A stretch of DNA of 64,000 nt from the NCBI GenBank assembly GCA_027081275.1, contig JALWKV010000002.1:1071-65070 (forward strand), read 5' to 3'. A program made the translations under genes and the position numbers. The notes beneath the pieces are model-generated. The model ran no database searches and was not told the origin of the DNA. It was given only the letters and a program-made list of their open reading frames with translations. Every line of letters starts with the position of its first letter. Within the stretch, counting starts at the first letter, position 1. The stretch is from Gammaproteobacteria bacterium (GTDB lineage Bacteria > Pseudomonadota > Gammaproteobacteria > UWMA-0217). This document shows positions 41,339-53,163 of the stretch, one piece after another.

Positions 41339-43744
41339 ATGTCTGAATCCACGCAAGAGAGCTGTTTCCACTGTGGCCTTCCCGTTCCCGATGATGTCGA
41401 GCTGACGGTGGAGATCGAAGGCGAGGTCCGGCCGATGTGCTGCATGGGCTGCCAGGCTGTGGCCAAGGCGATCGTCGACAATGGGCTCGAGGACTACTAT
41501 CGTCACCGCACCGCCAAGGCGCGGGTCGGCGAGGCGCTCGTGCCCGATGCGCTGCGCGAGCTGGAGGTCTATGACAACGACACGCTGCAGCGGTCCTTCG
41601 TCCATGTCCGCGAAGGCGATATCCGGGAAGCGGCGCTGATTCTCGAGGGCATCGTCTGCGCCGCCTGCGTCTGGCTCAGCGAGCGTCACGTCGGCGCGCT
41701 CGACGGCGTGCTCGCGTTCCACGTCAACTACTCGACCCATCGCGCCCAGGTGACCTGGGACAACAGCAGGATTCACCTCAGCGACATTCTCAGGGCGATC
41801 AGCGAGATCGGCTATCACGCCCATCCCTTCGATCCTGGACGTCAGGAGGCGCTGCAGAAGAAGGAGCGGAATCGGGCGCTGCGCCGCATCGGCATAGCCG
41901 GCGTCGGCACGATGCAGGTGATGATGATGGCGGTGGCCATGTACCTCGGCGACTATCAGGGCATGGATGACGGCATTCGCCGTCTGCTGCGCTGGGCCAG
42001 CATGATCGTGACCATTCCGGTCATCGGCTATTCGGGTCAGGCCTTCTTCCAGTCGGCCTGGCGCGATCTGCGGCAGGGCCGGCTCGGCATGGACGTGCCG
42101 GTGTCGCTGGCCATCGGCATCGCCTTCGTCGCCAGCGTCTGGGCCACCTGGACCGATACCGGTCACGTCTACTACGACTCGGTGACGATGTTCATCTTCT
42201 TCCTGCTCGTCGGGCGGACGCTGGAGATGACCGCGCGGCACAAGGCCGGACAGGTGGCCGAGGAGCTGGTCAAGCTGATGCCCGCCACGGCCCACCGCAT
42301 CACGGCAGACGGCATCGAATCGGTGGCGGTCGCCGAGCTGAGGGTCGGAGACCGGCTGGTGGTCAAGCCGGGGGAGGTGGTGCCGACCGATGGTGTCGTC
42401 GTCGAAGGCGGCAGCAGCGTCAACGAGGCATTGCTCACCGGTGAAAGCCTGCCGCGCGTGAAGCGCGTCGGCGACGAGGTCATCGGCGGCACGATCAATA
42501 CCGAATCACCGCTGACGATCGAGGTCGACCGGCTCGGGCAGGATACCGTCCTGGCCGGCATTTCACGGCTGCTGGAGCGGGCCCATGCCGAAAAGCCGCG
42601 CGTGGCCGAATTCGCCAACCGCGTTGCCGGCTGGTTCGTCGCCGCGCTGCTGCTGGTGGCATCGTCGGTGTTCTTCTACTGGTATTCGCACCGCCCCGAG
42701 GATGCGCTGTGGATCACTCTCTCGGTGCTCGTCATCACCTGTCCCTGTGCGCTGTCGCTGGCGACGCCGGTGGCTTTGACTGCGGCGACCGGCAGTCTGA
42801 CCGCCCGGGGCGTGTTGACCACGCGGGGCCACGCGCTGGAGACGCTGGCGCGAACCACGGACATGATCTTCGACAAGACCGGCACGCTGACCTGGGGACG
42901 GCTCCGGCTCGTCTCGGTCTCGGCGCTGGCGGATGCGGACGAGCAGTGGTTGCGTCGTCTGGCCGCCGGGCTGGAGAAGTACAGCGAACACCCGGTGGCC
43001 GAGGCGTTGCGTGAGGCGGTCGAGCCGCTCGGCGTCGAGGTGATCGAGGCCGAGACCGGGCGCGGCGTGACCGGCCGTTTCGATGGCGACTGGTATCGGC
43101 TTGGCAGCCTCGAATTCATCCGCGAATGGCATCGCGGGCTGGAGCAGGCCGAAGGCGAGGGGACGACCATCTATCTCGCCAGCCGGGATGCCCTGCTGGC
43201 GGTTTTTCATCTCAGTGACGAGCCGCGTCCGGATGCGCAGCGGATCGTGCGCGAGCTGGAAGATATGGGCGTCGTGGTACATCTGCTCAGTGGCGACAAT
43301 TCGGCTGCCGTCGCGTCGATCGCCGGGCGCCTAGGCATCGAACACTGGCGCGCCGAGCAGTTGCCGCAGGACAAGCTCGACTATCTGCGGGCGTTGCAGG
43401 CCGAGGGACGCATCGTCGCCATGGTGGGTGATGGCGTCAATGACGCACCGGTGCTTGCCGGCGCGCAGGTTTCCATCGCGATGGGCAAGGGCGCGCAGCT
43501 GGCGCAGGCGAGCGCCGACATGGTCTTGCTGAGCAACGATCTGGGCGTGTTGCCGTACAGCGTCGAGATGGCGCGCAAGACACTGAAGATCATCCGCCAG
43601 AACATCGCCTGGGCAATCGGCTACAATCTCGCTGCATTGCCGCTTGCCGCCGCTGGCTACATCCAGCCGTGGATGGCCGCCATCGGCATGTCGGGATCAT
43701 CGCTGTTCGTCGTGCTCAATGCCCTGCGCTTGAAGGAGCGCTAA
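41339..43744 (+). CDS. ccoI: copper-translocating P1B-type ATPase CcoI/FixI
   Basis: It has an N-terminal CxxC metal-binding domain, a CPC transmembrane motif, DKTGT phosphorylation and GDGVNDAP motifs. Confidence 0.9.
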   Translation: MSESTQESCFHCGLPVPDDVELTVEIEGEVRPMCCMGCQAVAKAIVDNGLEDYYRHRTAKARVGEALVPDALRELEVYDNDTLQRSFVHVREGDIREAALILEGIVCAACVWLSERHVGALDGVLAFHVNYSTHRAQVTWDNSRIHLSDILRAISEIGYHAHPFDPGRQEALQKKERNRALRRIGIAGVGTMQVMMMAVAMYLGDYQGMDDGIRRLLRWASMIVTIPVIGYSGQAFFQSAWRDLRQGRLGMDVPVSLAIGIAFVASVWATWTDTGHVYYDSVTMFIFFLLVGRTLEMTARHKAGQVAEELVKLMPATAHRITADGIESVAVAELRVGDRLVVKPGEVVPTDGVVVEGGSSVNEALLTGESLPRVKRVGDEVIGGTINTESPLTIEVDRLGQDTVLAGISRLLERAHAEKPRVAEFANRVAGWFVAALLLVASSVFFYWYSHRPEDALWITLSVLVITCPCALSLATPVALTAATGSLTARGVLTTRGHALETLARTTDMIFDKTGTLTWGRLRLVSVSALADADEQWLRRLAAGLEKYSEHPVAEALREAVEPLGVEVIEAETGRGVTGRFDGDWYRLGSLEFIREWHRGLEQAEGEGTTIYLASRDALLAVFHLSDEPRPDAQRIVRELEDMGVVVHLLSGDNSAAVASIAGRLGIEHWRAEQLPQDKLDYLRALQAEGRIVAMVGDGVNDAPVLAGAQVSIAMGKGAQLAQASADMVLLSNDLGVLPYSVEMARKTLKIIRQNIAWAIGYNLAALPLAAAGYIQPWMAAIGMSGSSLFVVLNALRLKER

Positions 43745-43748
43745 GCTC

Positions 43749-43958
43749 ATGGAAATACTCTACATTCTCATCCCGCTCGCGGTCGTGCTCGCGGCCGTCG
43801 CCATTGCCGCCTTTGTCCTGTCAGTACGCAGCGGCCAGTACGAGGATCTCGACGGCGCGGCCCACCGCATCCTGATGGACGATGACGATCCGATGATTCC
43901 CGGCTGCAAGGGGCGCAAGCAAGCGAAACCGGGGCAGAAGAGGGAAGACGAGAACTGA
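43749..43958 (+). CDS. ccoS: cbb3 oxidase maturation protein CcoS/FixS
   Basis: Small transmembrane protein (MEILYILIPLAVVLAAVAIAAFVLSVRSGQYEDLD). Confidence 0.7.
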   Translation: MEILYILIPLAVVLAAVAIAAFVLSVRSGQYEDLDGAAHRILMDDDDPMIPGCKGRKQAKPGQKREDEN

Positions 43959-44042
43959 TTGTCTGGCACGACTGCTGCCTTGCGTCGGCCGAGCCGATCC
44001 GGTAGATTTCCGCGCAAGTCACAGCAAACCGAGGGAAGCCAA

Positions 44043-44147
44043 ATGTCGTTCGATTACAACAAGCACTTCTACATTTCGATGACGATCGTCTGGGCGCTGA
44101 TCGCCTGGTCATGGTTCAGCTTCTTCTCGGTGATCTTCGCCGACTGA
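44043..44147 (+). CDS. candidate small membrane protein (34 aa) downstream of ccoS
   Basis: MSFDYNKHFYISMTIVWALIAWSWFSFFSVIFAD, hydrophobic and preceded by a GAGGGAAG ribosome-binding site. It is unverified. Confidence 0.35.
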   Translation: MSFDYNKHFYISMTIVWALIAWSWFSFFSVIFAD

Positions 44148-44181
44148 TTCGCCGATCGAGCAGAGCTGTTCGATGCCGCAG

Positions 44182-44208
44182 AAAAAACCGCCGTTCGGCG
44201 GTTTTTTT
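44182..44208. terminator. bidirectional rho-independent terminator between the cco cluster and mnmA
   Basis: AAAAAA-CCGCCG-ttcg-GCGGTT-TTTTTT. Confidence 0.6.
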
Positions 44209-44228
44209 GTGCCCGGCAGGCGCTGGGC

Positions 44229-45317
44229 TCAGTCGATCACGGCGCCGGCGATGCAGGCCTCGCCGTCGTACAGCACCAGCGCCTGGCCTGGGGTGATGGC
44301 GCGCTGCGGCGTGTCGAAGACAACCTCGCAGCGTCCTCCATCCAGCAACGTTACCTCGCAGGGCTGGTCGTCCTGCCGATAGCGGATCTTCGCGGTGCAA
44401 CGCAACCGCGTCGTGGCGGGGGGCTTGCCTTCGATCCAGTTGAGCTGTGACGCTCGCAGCGTTCGTCGCAGCAGCAGCGGGTGGTCGTGGTCCTGAACGA
44501 CCACCAGTTCGTTGCGGTCGAGCCGCTTCTGCGCCACGAACCAGGGAGCGTCGCTTGCGTTTTTCACGCCGCCAATGCCGAGTCCCTGTCGTTGCCCCAG
44601 CGTGTAGAACATCAGTCCGTCGTGGCGGCCGATGATGTCGCCGCTGTCGGTGACGATGTTGCCGGGCTGCGCCGGAATGAAGCGCTGCAGGAAATCACGG
44701 AACTTGCGCTCGCCGATGAAGCAGATGCCGGTGCTGTCCTTCTTGGCGCTGTTGACGAAACCCTGCGCCGCCGCGATCTCGCGCACTTCCCGTTTTTCCA
44801 TGTCGCCGAGCGGAAACAGGGCGTGGCGCAGCTGGTGCTGGCCGAGGGCGCAGAGGAAGTAGCTCTGATCCTTGTTGGCGTCCCTTCCTTTCAGCAGTCG
44901 AAAATGGCCATCGGCTTCGACGATGCGCGCATAGTGGCCAGTGGCGATGCAGTCCGCGCCGAGCTCGAGCGCGTGGTCGAGAAAGGCCTTGAACTTGATC
45001 TCCTTGTTGCACATCACGTCGGGGTTGGGGGTGCGCCCGGCGCGGTATTCGGCGAGGAAATATTCGAATACGCGATCCCAGTAGTCGGCGGAGAAGTTGA
45101 CCGTATGCAAAGGGATGCCGAGCTGGTCGCAGACCGCCTGGGCGTCGGCCAGATCCTCGGCGGCGGTGCAGTATTCCTCGGTATCGTCCTCCTCCCAGTT
45201 CTTCATGAACAGCCCCTCGACGGCATGGCCGTCGCGGAGCAGCTTCCACGCGGCCACCGACGAGTCGACCCCGCCCGACATGCCAATGATGACCCGGTTT
45301 TTTTGCTGCGCTGATTG
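44229..45317 (-). CDS. mnmA: tRNA-specific 2-thiouridylase
   Basis: It has the PP-loop SGGVDSS and the start is chosen at [17 protein letters not shown]. Confidence 0.9.
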   Translation of the reverse strand, partial: QSAQQKNRVIIGMSGGVDSSVAAWKLLRDGHAVEGLFMKNWEEDDTEEYCTAAEDLADAQAVCDQLGIPLHTVNFSADYWDRVFEYFLAEYRAGRTPNPDVMCNKEIKFKAFLDHALELGADCIATGHYARIVEADGHFRLLKGRDANKDQSYFLCALGQHQLRHALFPLGDMEKREVREIAAAQGFVNSAKKDSTGICFIGERKFRDFLQRFIPAQPGNIVTDSGDIIGRHDGLMFYTLGQRQGLGIGGVKNASDAPWFVAQKRLDRNELVVVQDHDHPLLLRRTLRASQLNWIEGKPPATTRLRCTAKIRYRQDDQPCEVTLLDGGRCEVVFDTPQRAITPGQALVLYDGEACIAGAVID

Positions 45318-45372
45318 CATGGCGGATATAATGGTCAGCAAATCATTCATTAGCAATAGCACGGAGAATTGC

Positions 45373-46629
<1,257 letters not shown>

Positions 46630-46780
46630 TCGCGAACAGTCCCGCGTCGGCACGGAAGGGCGTATGCTGGTCGATGATGAGGGAGTGTGAGCCGTATCAC
46701 AAAGAGGCGGCGCTCGTCACACTATTCTCGATTGTGGCTGCCTCATTGAAAGGCTCCTCATCGTCCCGCATATTGGGGAT

Positions 46781-46935
46781 GTCGCAAAAGCCCTCCCCAC
46801 GGGGGAGAGGGTTTGGGAGAGGGGGAAAGCCATTGTTGTTCACCCTCTCCCTCATAGGGAGAGGGAGTTTTTCGATACCCTGTGTAGCGAGGGCTTGTGC
46901 GGCAACCTCGCCAGAGAGGTGGCTGTTGAGGCATC
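46781..46935. repeat. Mosaic intergenic repeat (module A with a module B fragment), copy 3
   Basis: ccctccccacgggggagagggtttgggagaggggg...accctctccctcatagggagagggagtttttcga matches 661-700 and 900-930 of the first copy. Confidence 0.55.
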
Positions 46936-47046
46936 CGCCTTGCGGGAGACGGAATCCGGCAGAAGACCGTTGGGATTGGCTATATTATCGAAGAGTCCCC
47001 GCGCCAATTTTGGGTGGACGGGGTGGTGACTTTCAGCTTGTACAGA

Positions 47047-47176
47047 AGCCTGCCTGTAACTGCTCAGATTGCCCCTGAGATCCGGCAGTTCAAGGCAGAA
47101 AATGTGAGTTTACAAATGTAAATGACCATTTTCGAACACAGAAATGGCGGATTTCAGGGGTGAGCTGAGTAGTTAC
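47047..47176 (+). mobile_element. MITE-like element family D, copy 3 (short variant lacking the ~55-bp central CCATGG-palindromic segment)
   Basis: It has the same terminal inverted repeats as 16332-16534 (gtaactgctcagattgcccctgagatccggc ... ggcggatttcaggggtgagctgagtagttac). Confidence 0.6.
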
Positions 47177-47204
47177 CGGGGTTGAAGGACAGACTTGAGA
47201 GCAT

Positions 47205-47528
47205 ATGGCTGACAAAGAGAAGTTCGATGGCGGCGACGCCGGCCTCGCCCTGGAAGAGGGCAAGCCGGAGCTGAAGGAGCCGCCGCGCTACAACGTCATT
47301 CTGTTGAACGACGACTACACGCCGATGGAGTTCGTCGTCAAGGTGCTGGAGCAGTTTTTCGGTCTAGACCGGGAAAACGCCACGCGGATCATGCTCAACG
47401 TCCATACCAAGGGCAAGGGCATCTGCGGAACATTCACGAAGGATGTGGCGGAGACGAAGACCGCGATGGTCAACAACTATTCGCGGGAGAACAATCATCC
47501 GCTGCTTTGTACGATGGAGGCCGTCTGA
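47205..47528 (+). CDS. clpS: ATP-dependent Clp protease adaptor ClpS
   Basis: [24 protein letters not shown]... Confidence 0.9.
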   Translation: MADKEKFDGGDAGLALEEGKPELKEPPRYNVILLNDDYTPMEFVVKVLEQFFGLDRENATRIMLNVHTKGKGICGTFTKDVAETKTAMVNNYSRENNHPLLCTMEAV

Positions 47529-47658
47529 ATCAGACTCGCTCATGATGATCGCAGTCTCTTCTCGCTTTCGCGCATATTTTCATGCGGCGGGAGCCGTACC
47601 GGAAAGGGAACAGGAGCGTTTCCGTTTCCGGTGATCAACTTATTTTTGGTGAGCGGTA

Positions 47659-49929
47659 ATGTTAAACAAAGAGCTGGAAACTTCACTCAACGAGGCATTC
47701 AAGGAGGCGAGAGAGAAACGTCATGAATTCATGACGGTAGAGCACCTCCTGCTGGCCTTGTTGAACAATCCGACGGCTGCTCACCTGCTGCGTGTCTGCG
47801 GTGCCAGCATCGACGGGCTGCGGCGTGATCTGACCACCTTCATCGACGAGAACACGCCGACGCTTCCGGCCGGCGATCTGCGTGACACGCAGCCCTCGCT
47901 CGGCTTCCAGCGCGTGCTGCAGCGCGCCGTTTTCCATGTGCAGTCGTCGGGCAAGTCCGAGGTCAGTGGCGCCAATGTGCTGGTGGCCATTTTCGGCGAG
48001 CAGGAGTCGCATGCCGTCTACCTGCTGAACAAGCAGGACATCACCCGTCTCGATGTCGTCAACTACATTTCCCACGGCGTCTCCAAGATCGAGGATGAGA
48101 AGGACGACAGCGGCAACGAGGGAGAGGGGGATGAGTTCGAGTCGGGGGAGGCGGCCAAGGATCCGCTCGAGGACTACGCGACCAACCTCAACGCCCAGGC
48201 GCTGGCGGGGCTGATCGATCCGCTGATCGGTCGCGAGGCGGAGGTCGAACGCACCATCCAGATTCTCTGCCGTCGTCGCAAGAACAACCCGCTGCTGGTC
48301 GGCGAGGCGGGCGTCGGCAAGACGGCCATCGCGGAAGGGCTGGCGAAGAAGATTGTCGATGGCGAGGTGCCCGACGTGCTGAAGGACGGCGTGATCTATT
48401 CGCTCGACCTCGGCGCGCTGGTGGCTGGCACCAAGTACCGCGGCGACTTCGAAAAGCGGCTGAAGGCCGTGCTCAAGCAGCTGCGCAAGAAGCCCGGCGC
48501 GATACTCTTCATCGACGAGATCCACACCATCATCGGCGCCGGCTCGGCCTCGGGTGGCGTCATGGACGCTTCCAACCTGATCAAGCCGGTGCTCGCCAAT
48601 GGCCAGCTCAAGTGCATCGGCTCGACCACCTATGCCGAGTTCCGCGGCATCTTCGAGAAGGACCACGCGCTGGCAAGGCGGTTCCAGAAGATCGACATCG
48701 AGGAGCCGGATGTCGATGACACCTACGAGATCCTCAAGGGGTTGAAGACCCGCTTCGAGGAGCACCACGACATCAAGTACAGCAACGCCGCGCTGCGCAC
48801 GGCGGCCGAGCTGGCGGATCGCTACATCACCGACCGGCACATGCCGGACAAGGCCATCGACGTCATCGACGAGGCGGGCGCCTATCAGCGGCTGCAGCCA
48901 GAGGATCAGCGCGGCGACACGATAAAGGTTCGCGATATCGAGGCCATCATCGCCAAGATCGCGCGGATTCCGCCGAAGAACATCTCCGCATCGGACAAGG
49001 CGTCGTTGAAGAATCTGGACAAGAACCTGAAGATGGTCGTGTTCGGGCAGGACGACGCCATTACCCACCTTACCGATGCCATCAAGATGGCGCGGTCGGG
49101 GCTGCGTGACGAAAACAAGCCGATCGGCTCGTTTCTGTTCACCGGCCCGACCGGCGTCGGCAAGACCGAGGTGACCCGTCAGCTGGCGCAGATCCTCGGC
49201 ATCGAGCTGATTCGCTTCGACATGTCGGAGTACATGGAGCGGCACACCGTCTCGCGCCTGATCGGCGCGCCGCCGGGGTATGTCGGCTACGATGAGGGCG
49301 GCCTGCTGACCGACGCGATCATGAAGTCACCGCACGCGGTATTGCTGCTCGACGAGATCGAAAAGGCGCATCCCGATGTCTTCAACATCCTGTTGCAGGT
49401 GATGGATCACGGCACGTTGACAGACACCAACGGGCGCAAGGTCGACTTCCGCAACGTCATCATCGTCATGACCAGCAACGCCGGCGCCTTCGAGGCGTCG
49501 CGCAGTTCGATGGGCTTCACCAGGCAGGATCACTCCTCCGATTCGATGGAGGTGGTCAAGCGGGTGTTCACGCCGGAGTTCCGCAACCGGCTGGATGCGA
49601 TCATCCAGTTCAATGCGCTGTCGCCGCGTTTCATCCGCAATGTGGTGGACAAGTTCATCATTCAGCTCGAATCGCAGCTGGAGGAGAAGAAGGTCTCGCT
49701 GATCGTCGAGGATTCGGCGCGCGACTGGATGGCGAAAGAAGGATATGACGAGAAGATGGGCGCGCGGCCGATGGCGCGGTTAATCCAGGAGCATATCAAG
49801 AAGCCGCTGGCCGAGGAGATTCTGTTCGGCAAGCTCAGCAAGGGCGGCACGGTACGTGTCGTCAAGAAGGATGACGGGCTGGATTTCGAGTATTCGACGG
49901 AGCCCGTGGCGGAAACGGGGAAGAGCTGA
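47659..49929 (+). CDS. clpA: ATP-dependent Clp protease ATP-binding subunit ClpA
   Basis: It has two AAA+ modules ([16 protein letters not shown]) and a Clp N domain. Confidence 0.95.
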   Translation: MLNKELETSLNEAFKEAREKRHEFMTVEHLLLALLNNPTAAHLLRVCGASIDGLRRDLTTFIDENTPTLPAGDLRDTQPSLGFQRVLQRAVFHVQSSGKSEVSGANVLVAIFGEQESHAVYLLNKQDITRLDVVNYISHGVSKIEDEKDDSGNEGEGDEFESGEAAKDPLEDYATNLNAQALAGLIDPLIGREAEVERTIQILCRRRKNNPLLVGEAGVGKTAIAEGLAKKIVDGEVPDVLKDGVIYSLDLGALVAGTKYRGDFEKRLKAVLKQLRKKPGAILFIDEIHTIIGAGSASGGVMDASNLIKPVLANGQLKCIGSTTYAEFRGIFEKDHALARRFQKIDIEEPDVDDTYEILKGLKTRFEEHHDIKYSNAALRTAAELADRYITDRHMPDKAIDVIDEAGAYQRLQPEDQRGDTIKVRDIEAIIAKIARIPPKNISASDKASLKNLDKNLKMVVFGQDDAITHLTDAIKMARSGLRDENKPIGSFLFTGPTGVGKTEVTRQLAQILGIELIRFDMSEYMERHTVSRLIGAPPGYVGYDEGGLLTDAIMKSPHAVLLLDEIEKAHPDVFNILLQVMDHGTLTDTNGRKVDFRNVIIVMTSNAGAFEASRSSMGFTRQDHSSDSMEVVKRVFTPEFRNRLDAIIQFNALSPRFIRNVVDKFIIQLESQLEEKKVSLIVEDSARDWMAKEGYDEKMGARPMARLIQEHIKKPLAEEILFGKLSKGGTVRVVKKDDGLDFEYSTEPVAETGKS

Positions 49930-49978
49930 TCAGCCCCGGAAACGGCTTCCCCGGCCGGGATTCAGCGGGTCGGGGAAA

Positions 49979-50197
49979 TCACTTGTTCCGATAGGTGATG
50001 CGACCCTTGGTCAGGTCGTAGGGCGTCATTTCGACAGTGACCGTGTCTCCGGTCAGAATGCGGATATAGTGCTTGCGCATACGTCCGGAAATGTGAGCGG
50101 TAACGACATGGCCGTTTTCCAGCTCGACCCGGAACATGGTGTTTGGCAGGGTTTCCTTCACGACGCCCTGCATTTCGATAACGTCTTGTTTCGCCAT
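49979..50197 (-). CDS. infA: translation initiation factor IF-1
   Basis: [72 protein letters not shown]. Confidence 0.95.
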   Translation of the reverse strand: MAKQDVIEMQGVVKETLPNTMFRVELENGHVVTAHISGRMRKHYIRILTGDTVTVEMTPYDLTKGRITYRNK

Positions 50198-50395
50198 GGA
50201 TACTGGTGTTGGTGTTGATTGAGGCCCGCAATTATCACCAAGCAGCGCCATAACACAAGTATTTATTGTTCTATTACGCCTTCGATTCGCTGCTTTTGCC
50301 AAACAGGCCCCAGGTGTTCCGCTGGGCCCGCGTTTGCCTTTTCTTGCCCGCACCCCCTAAACTACGCCGCATTTTGAGCCGCATCACATGAGTGC

Positions 50396-50600
50396 TCCTC
50401 CGAGGCAATCATTACGGATTCAGCGTTTCTGCGCCGTTGTGCAACAAGGCGCGGTGCGCGGGCAACGGTTGTTCTCCTTGGACAAGCACTAGAATGCGGC
50501 TGTGGGACAGCGCAGAAACGCCCTGCGGGGCAGGCCGTCTGCGCCCACGGACTGCGTTGTTCCTCTTGGCAAGGGAACACAACCATTGCCTGGGAGGCTG
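50396..50600. ncRNA. candidate structured RNA or regulatory leader (nested helices; strand undetermined)
   Basis: A long-range helix pairs 50398-50410 (CCUCCGAGGCAAU) with 50584-50596 (AUUGCCUGGGAGG), 12 of 13 pairs. An inner 12-bp helix pairs 50423-50434 (GCGUUUCUGCGC) with 50511-50522 (GCGCAGAAACGC). There are additional local hairpins and a direct repeat GTTGTTCYYCTTGGMCAAG. No known family was matched by eye. Confidence 0.25.
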
Positions 50601-50828
50601 TCCGACTTAACGCTGTTTGGCTGCGAATCCGTGGCTAGCGATCAACTGGGCTGATCAGGTTCGTTAAATAGCTCTGCTATTCTCCTTACCTGATCAGCCC
50701 GTTTGATTCGCTCCCACGAATTTTCGCTTCAAACGGTCAAGTCGGACTGCCTCCTAAGGGACGCCTTGCCGTGAACGCAGACAAACTGACTGAACTCGCA
50801 ATGATTACCTTGGAGGGAGCACGAGTCC

Positions 50829-51779
50829 ATGCCGAAATACGCCGCAGTTTTTCCCGGTCAGGGGTCGCAGTCGCCAGGTATGCTGGCCGAGTTGGCGAGC
50901 CGTCATCCCGAGGTCGAGCAAACGTTCCAGGAAGCCTCCGACGTGTTGTCGAAGGATCTCTGGGCGCTGGCCCAAAATGGTCCGGAGGAGATGCTCAACG
51001 CCACCGTCAATACCCAGCCGGTCATGCTGGCGGCGGGCGTTGCCGTCTGGCGGGTTTGGCAGAAGGCGGGCGGATGCATGCCGGCGGCGATGGCCGGGCA
51101 CAGTCTTGGGGAGTACACCGCGCTGGTCTGCGCCGATGCGCTGGATCTCGGCGATGCCGTGACGCTGGTGGCCGAGCGGGCCGCACAGATGCAGGCGGCG
51201 GTGCCCGAAGGCGAGGGAGCAATGGCCGCCATTCTCGGTCTCGACGATGAGGCGGTCATCGATGTCTGTGAGCGGGCAGCCGAGGGTCAGGTCGTTTCCG
51301 CCGTCAATTTCAACTCGCCCGGTCAGGTCGTCATTGCCGGTGAAGCCGATGCCGTCGATCGCGCCGTGGCGCTCGCCAAGGAGGCGGGCGCGAAGCGGGC
51401 CATCAAGCTGGCGGTTAGCGTGCCTTCCCACTGCGAACTGATGCGCTCGGCCGCCGATGGAATGATGATGCATCTGGAAGCCACGGCGCTGCGGCCGCCG
51501 TCGATTCCCGTCCTGCACAATGTCGATGTGACGGCTCACGATGATGTCGCGGCCATTCGTCAGGCGTTGCTGAGCCAGCTCTACCAGCCGGTGCGCTGGG
51601 TGGAGACGGTGCTGGCCTTCCGGGACAGCGGCATCACGCAGCTGATCGAGTTCGGGCCGGGCAAGGTGCTGGCCGGGCTAACCCGGCGTATCGACAGGTC
51701 GATGGGCGCACAGGGCGTGTTCGATGACGCGAGCCTGGAGAAGGCGCTGGCTATCTGCGAAGGAGACGATGAACAATGA
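50829..51779 (+). CDS. fabD: malonyl CoA-ACP transacylase
   Basis: GHSLGEYTA active-site motif. Confidence 0.95.
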   Translation: MPKYAAVFPGQGSQSPGMLAELASRHPEVEQTFQEASDVLSKDLWALAQNGPEEMLNATVNTQPVMLAAGVAVWRVWQKAGGCMPAAMAGHSLGEYTALVCADALDLGDAVTLVAERAAQMQAAVPEGEGAMAAILGLDDEAVIDVCERAAEGQVVSAVNFNSPGQVVIAGEADAVDRAVALAKEAGAKRAIKLAVSVPSHCELMRSAADGMMMHLEATALRPPSIPVLHNVDVTAHDDVAAIRQALLSQLYQPVRWVETVLAFRDSGITQLIEFGPGKVLAGLTRRIDRSMGAQGVFDDASLEKALAICEGDDEQ

Positions 51780-52519
51780 AGCTTGAAAAAGAAATTGCGC
51801 TGGTCACCGGCGCCAGCCGGGGAATCGGCAAGGCCATTGCACTGGAGCTGGGCGCACGGGGCGCGACCGTCGTCGGCACGGCGACCAGCCAGTCGGGAGC
51901 GGATGCCATCGGCGACTATCTGGCGGAAGCCGGCATCGACGGCGCCGGCCATGTGCTGGAGGTCACCACTCCGGACAGCGTGACGGCGGTGGTCGAGTTC
52001 GTCCAGCAGAAGTTCGGGGCGGTGTCGATTCTGGTCAACAACGCCGGCATCACCCGCGACAATCTGCTGATGCGGATGAAGGAGGAGGAGTGGGATGCGG
52101 TCATCAACACCAATCTCAGCTCGGTCTTTCGTCTGTCGAAAGCCTGCCTGCGCGGCATGATGAAGCAGCGCAGGGGACGCATCATCAACATCTCCTCCGT
52201 CGTCGGCGCCACCGGTAATCCCGGGCAGAGCAACTATGCCGCCGCCAAGGCCGGCATCGTCGGCTTCTCCAAGTCGCTGGCGCGCGAGGTGGGCTCGCGC
52301 GGCATCACCGTCAACACCGTTGCTCCCGGCTTCATCGATACCGACATGACCCGCGCCCTGCCGGAGCAGCAGCGCGAGGCGCTGCGGAAGGAGATCGCGC
52401 TGGGGCGCCTGGGCGAGGCGGAAGAGATCGCCAGGGCCGTCGCCTTTCTGGCCTCGGCGGACGCTGCCTACATCACCGGCGAGACCCTCCACGTCAACGG
52501 CGGCATGTACATGGCCTGA
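51776..52519 (+). CDS. fabG: 3-oxoacyl-ACP reductase
   Basis: SDR fold with TGASRGIGKAIA and YAAAKAG. Confidence 0.95.
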   Translation: MKLEKEIALVTGASRGIGKAIALELGARGATVVGTATSQSGADAIGDYLAEAGIDGAGHVLEVTTPDSVTAVVEFVQQKFGAVSILVNNAGITRDNLLMRMKEEEWDAVINTNLSSVFRLSKACLRGMMKQRRGRIINISSVVGATGNPGQSNYAAAKAGIVGFSKSLAREVGSRGITVNTVAPGFIDTDMTRALPEQQREALRKEIALGRLGEAEEIARAVAFLASADAAYITGETLHVNGGMYMA

Positions 52520-52728
52520 CGCCGGAGGAGCGGGGGCATCCGCGATATCCGACAGAGAATTGTGAACGGCGCGTCATGCGCCTGTAATCTGGCAGGTATT
52601 GCCAGTTTTCACTACAATAGCCCGATGTTTTTTCGGGCAGCGCCATGAATTAAGTGCATACGGCTCTGTGTACTTAGCTCAGGGCACTGCCATGCACCAC
52701 AACCATTCTTGGATAAACAGGAACTGAT

Positions 52729-52968
52729 ATGAGCAATGTTGAAGAACGCGTAAGAAAGATCGTCGTCGAACAGCTTGGCGTGAAAGAGGAAGACGCAACG
52801 CTTTCCGCCTCTTTCGTCGACGACCTTGGCGCCGATTCTCTGGACACCGTGGAGCTGGTCATGGCGCTCGAAGAGGAATTCGAGACCGAGATCCCGGACG
52901 AGGAAGCCGAAAAGATCACCACGATCCAGCAGGCAGTCGACTACATTCTGGCTCACCAGAACGGTTAG
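52729..52968 (+). CDS. acpP: acyl carrier protein
   Basis: [19 protein letters not shown]. Confidence 0.95.
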   Translation: MSNVEERVRKIVVEQLGVKEEDATLSASFVDDLGADSLDTVELVMALEEEFETEIPDEEAEKITTIQQAVDYILAHQNG

Positions 52969-52979
52969 TCGAGACTGCC

Positions 52980-53010
52980 GGGTGGCCCGCGACAGGGTTG
53001 CGGGCCACCC
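52980..53010 (+). terminator. strong hairpin between acpP and fabF (partial terminator / mRNA processing element)
   Basis: GGGTGGCCCGC-gacagggtt-GCGGGCCACCC, an 11-bp perfect stem with no T-run. Confidence 0.45.
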
Positions 53011-53163
53011 GCCATTCCCCCGGTTCGTCGAGTAATGCGCGGACCGGAACGAGTCGCCGGCCGGCACTACCGCCTGTCTGACGCGACCGCCCTCCCGCCT
53101 TTTGAACATTTCGACCGCGCCGGCGGAATTCCCGATCAGCATCAACCGAAACAGGTCCGGATT

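Noticed and set aside
50396-50600. 6S RNA (ssrS)
   Set aside because: The terminal helix and length (~200 nt) fit, but the internal pairing is asymmetric and multi-branched rather than one long interrupted hairpin with a central bubble. Without a covariance-model search it cannot be called.
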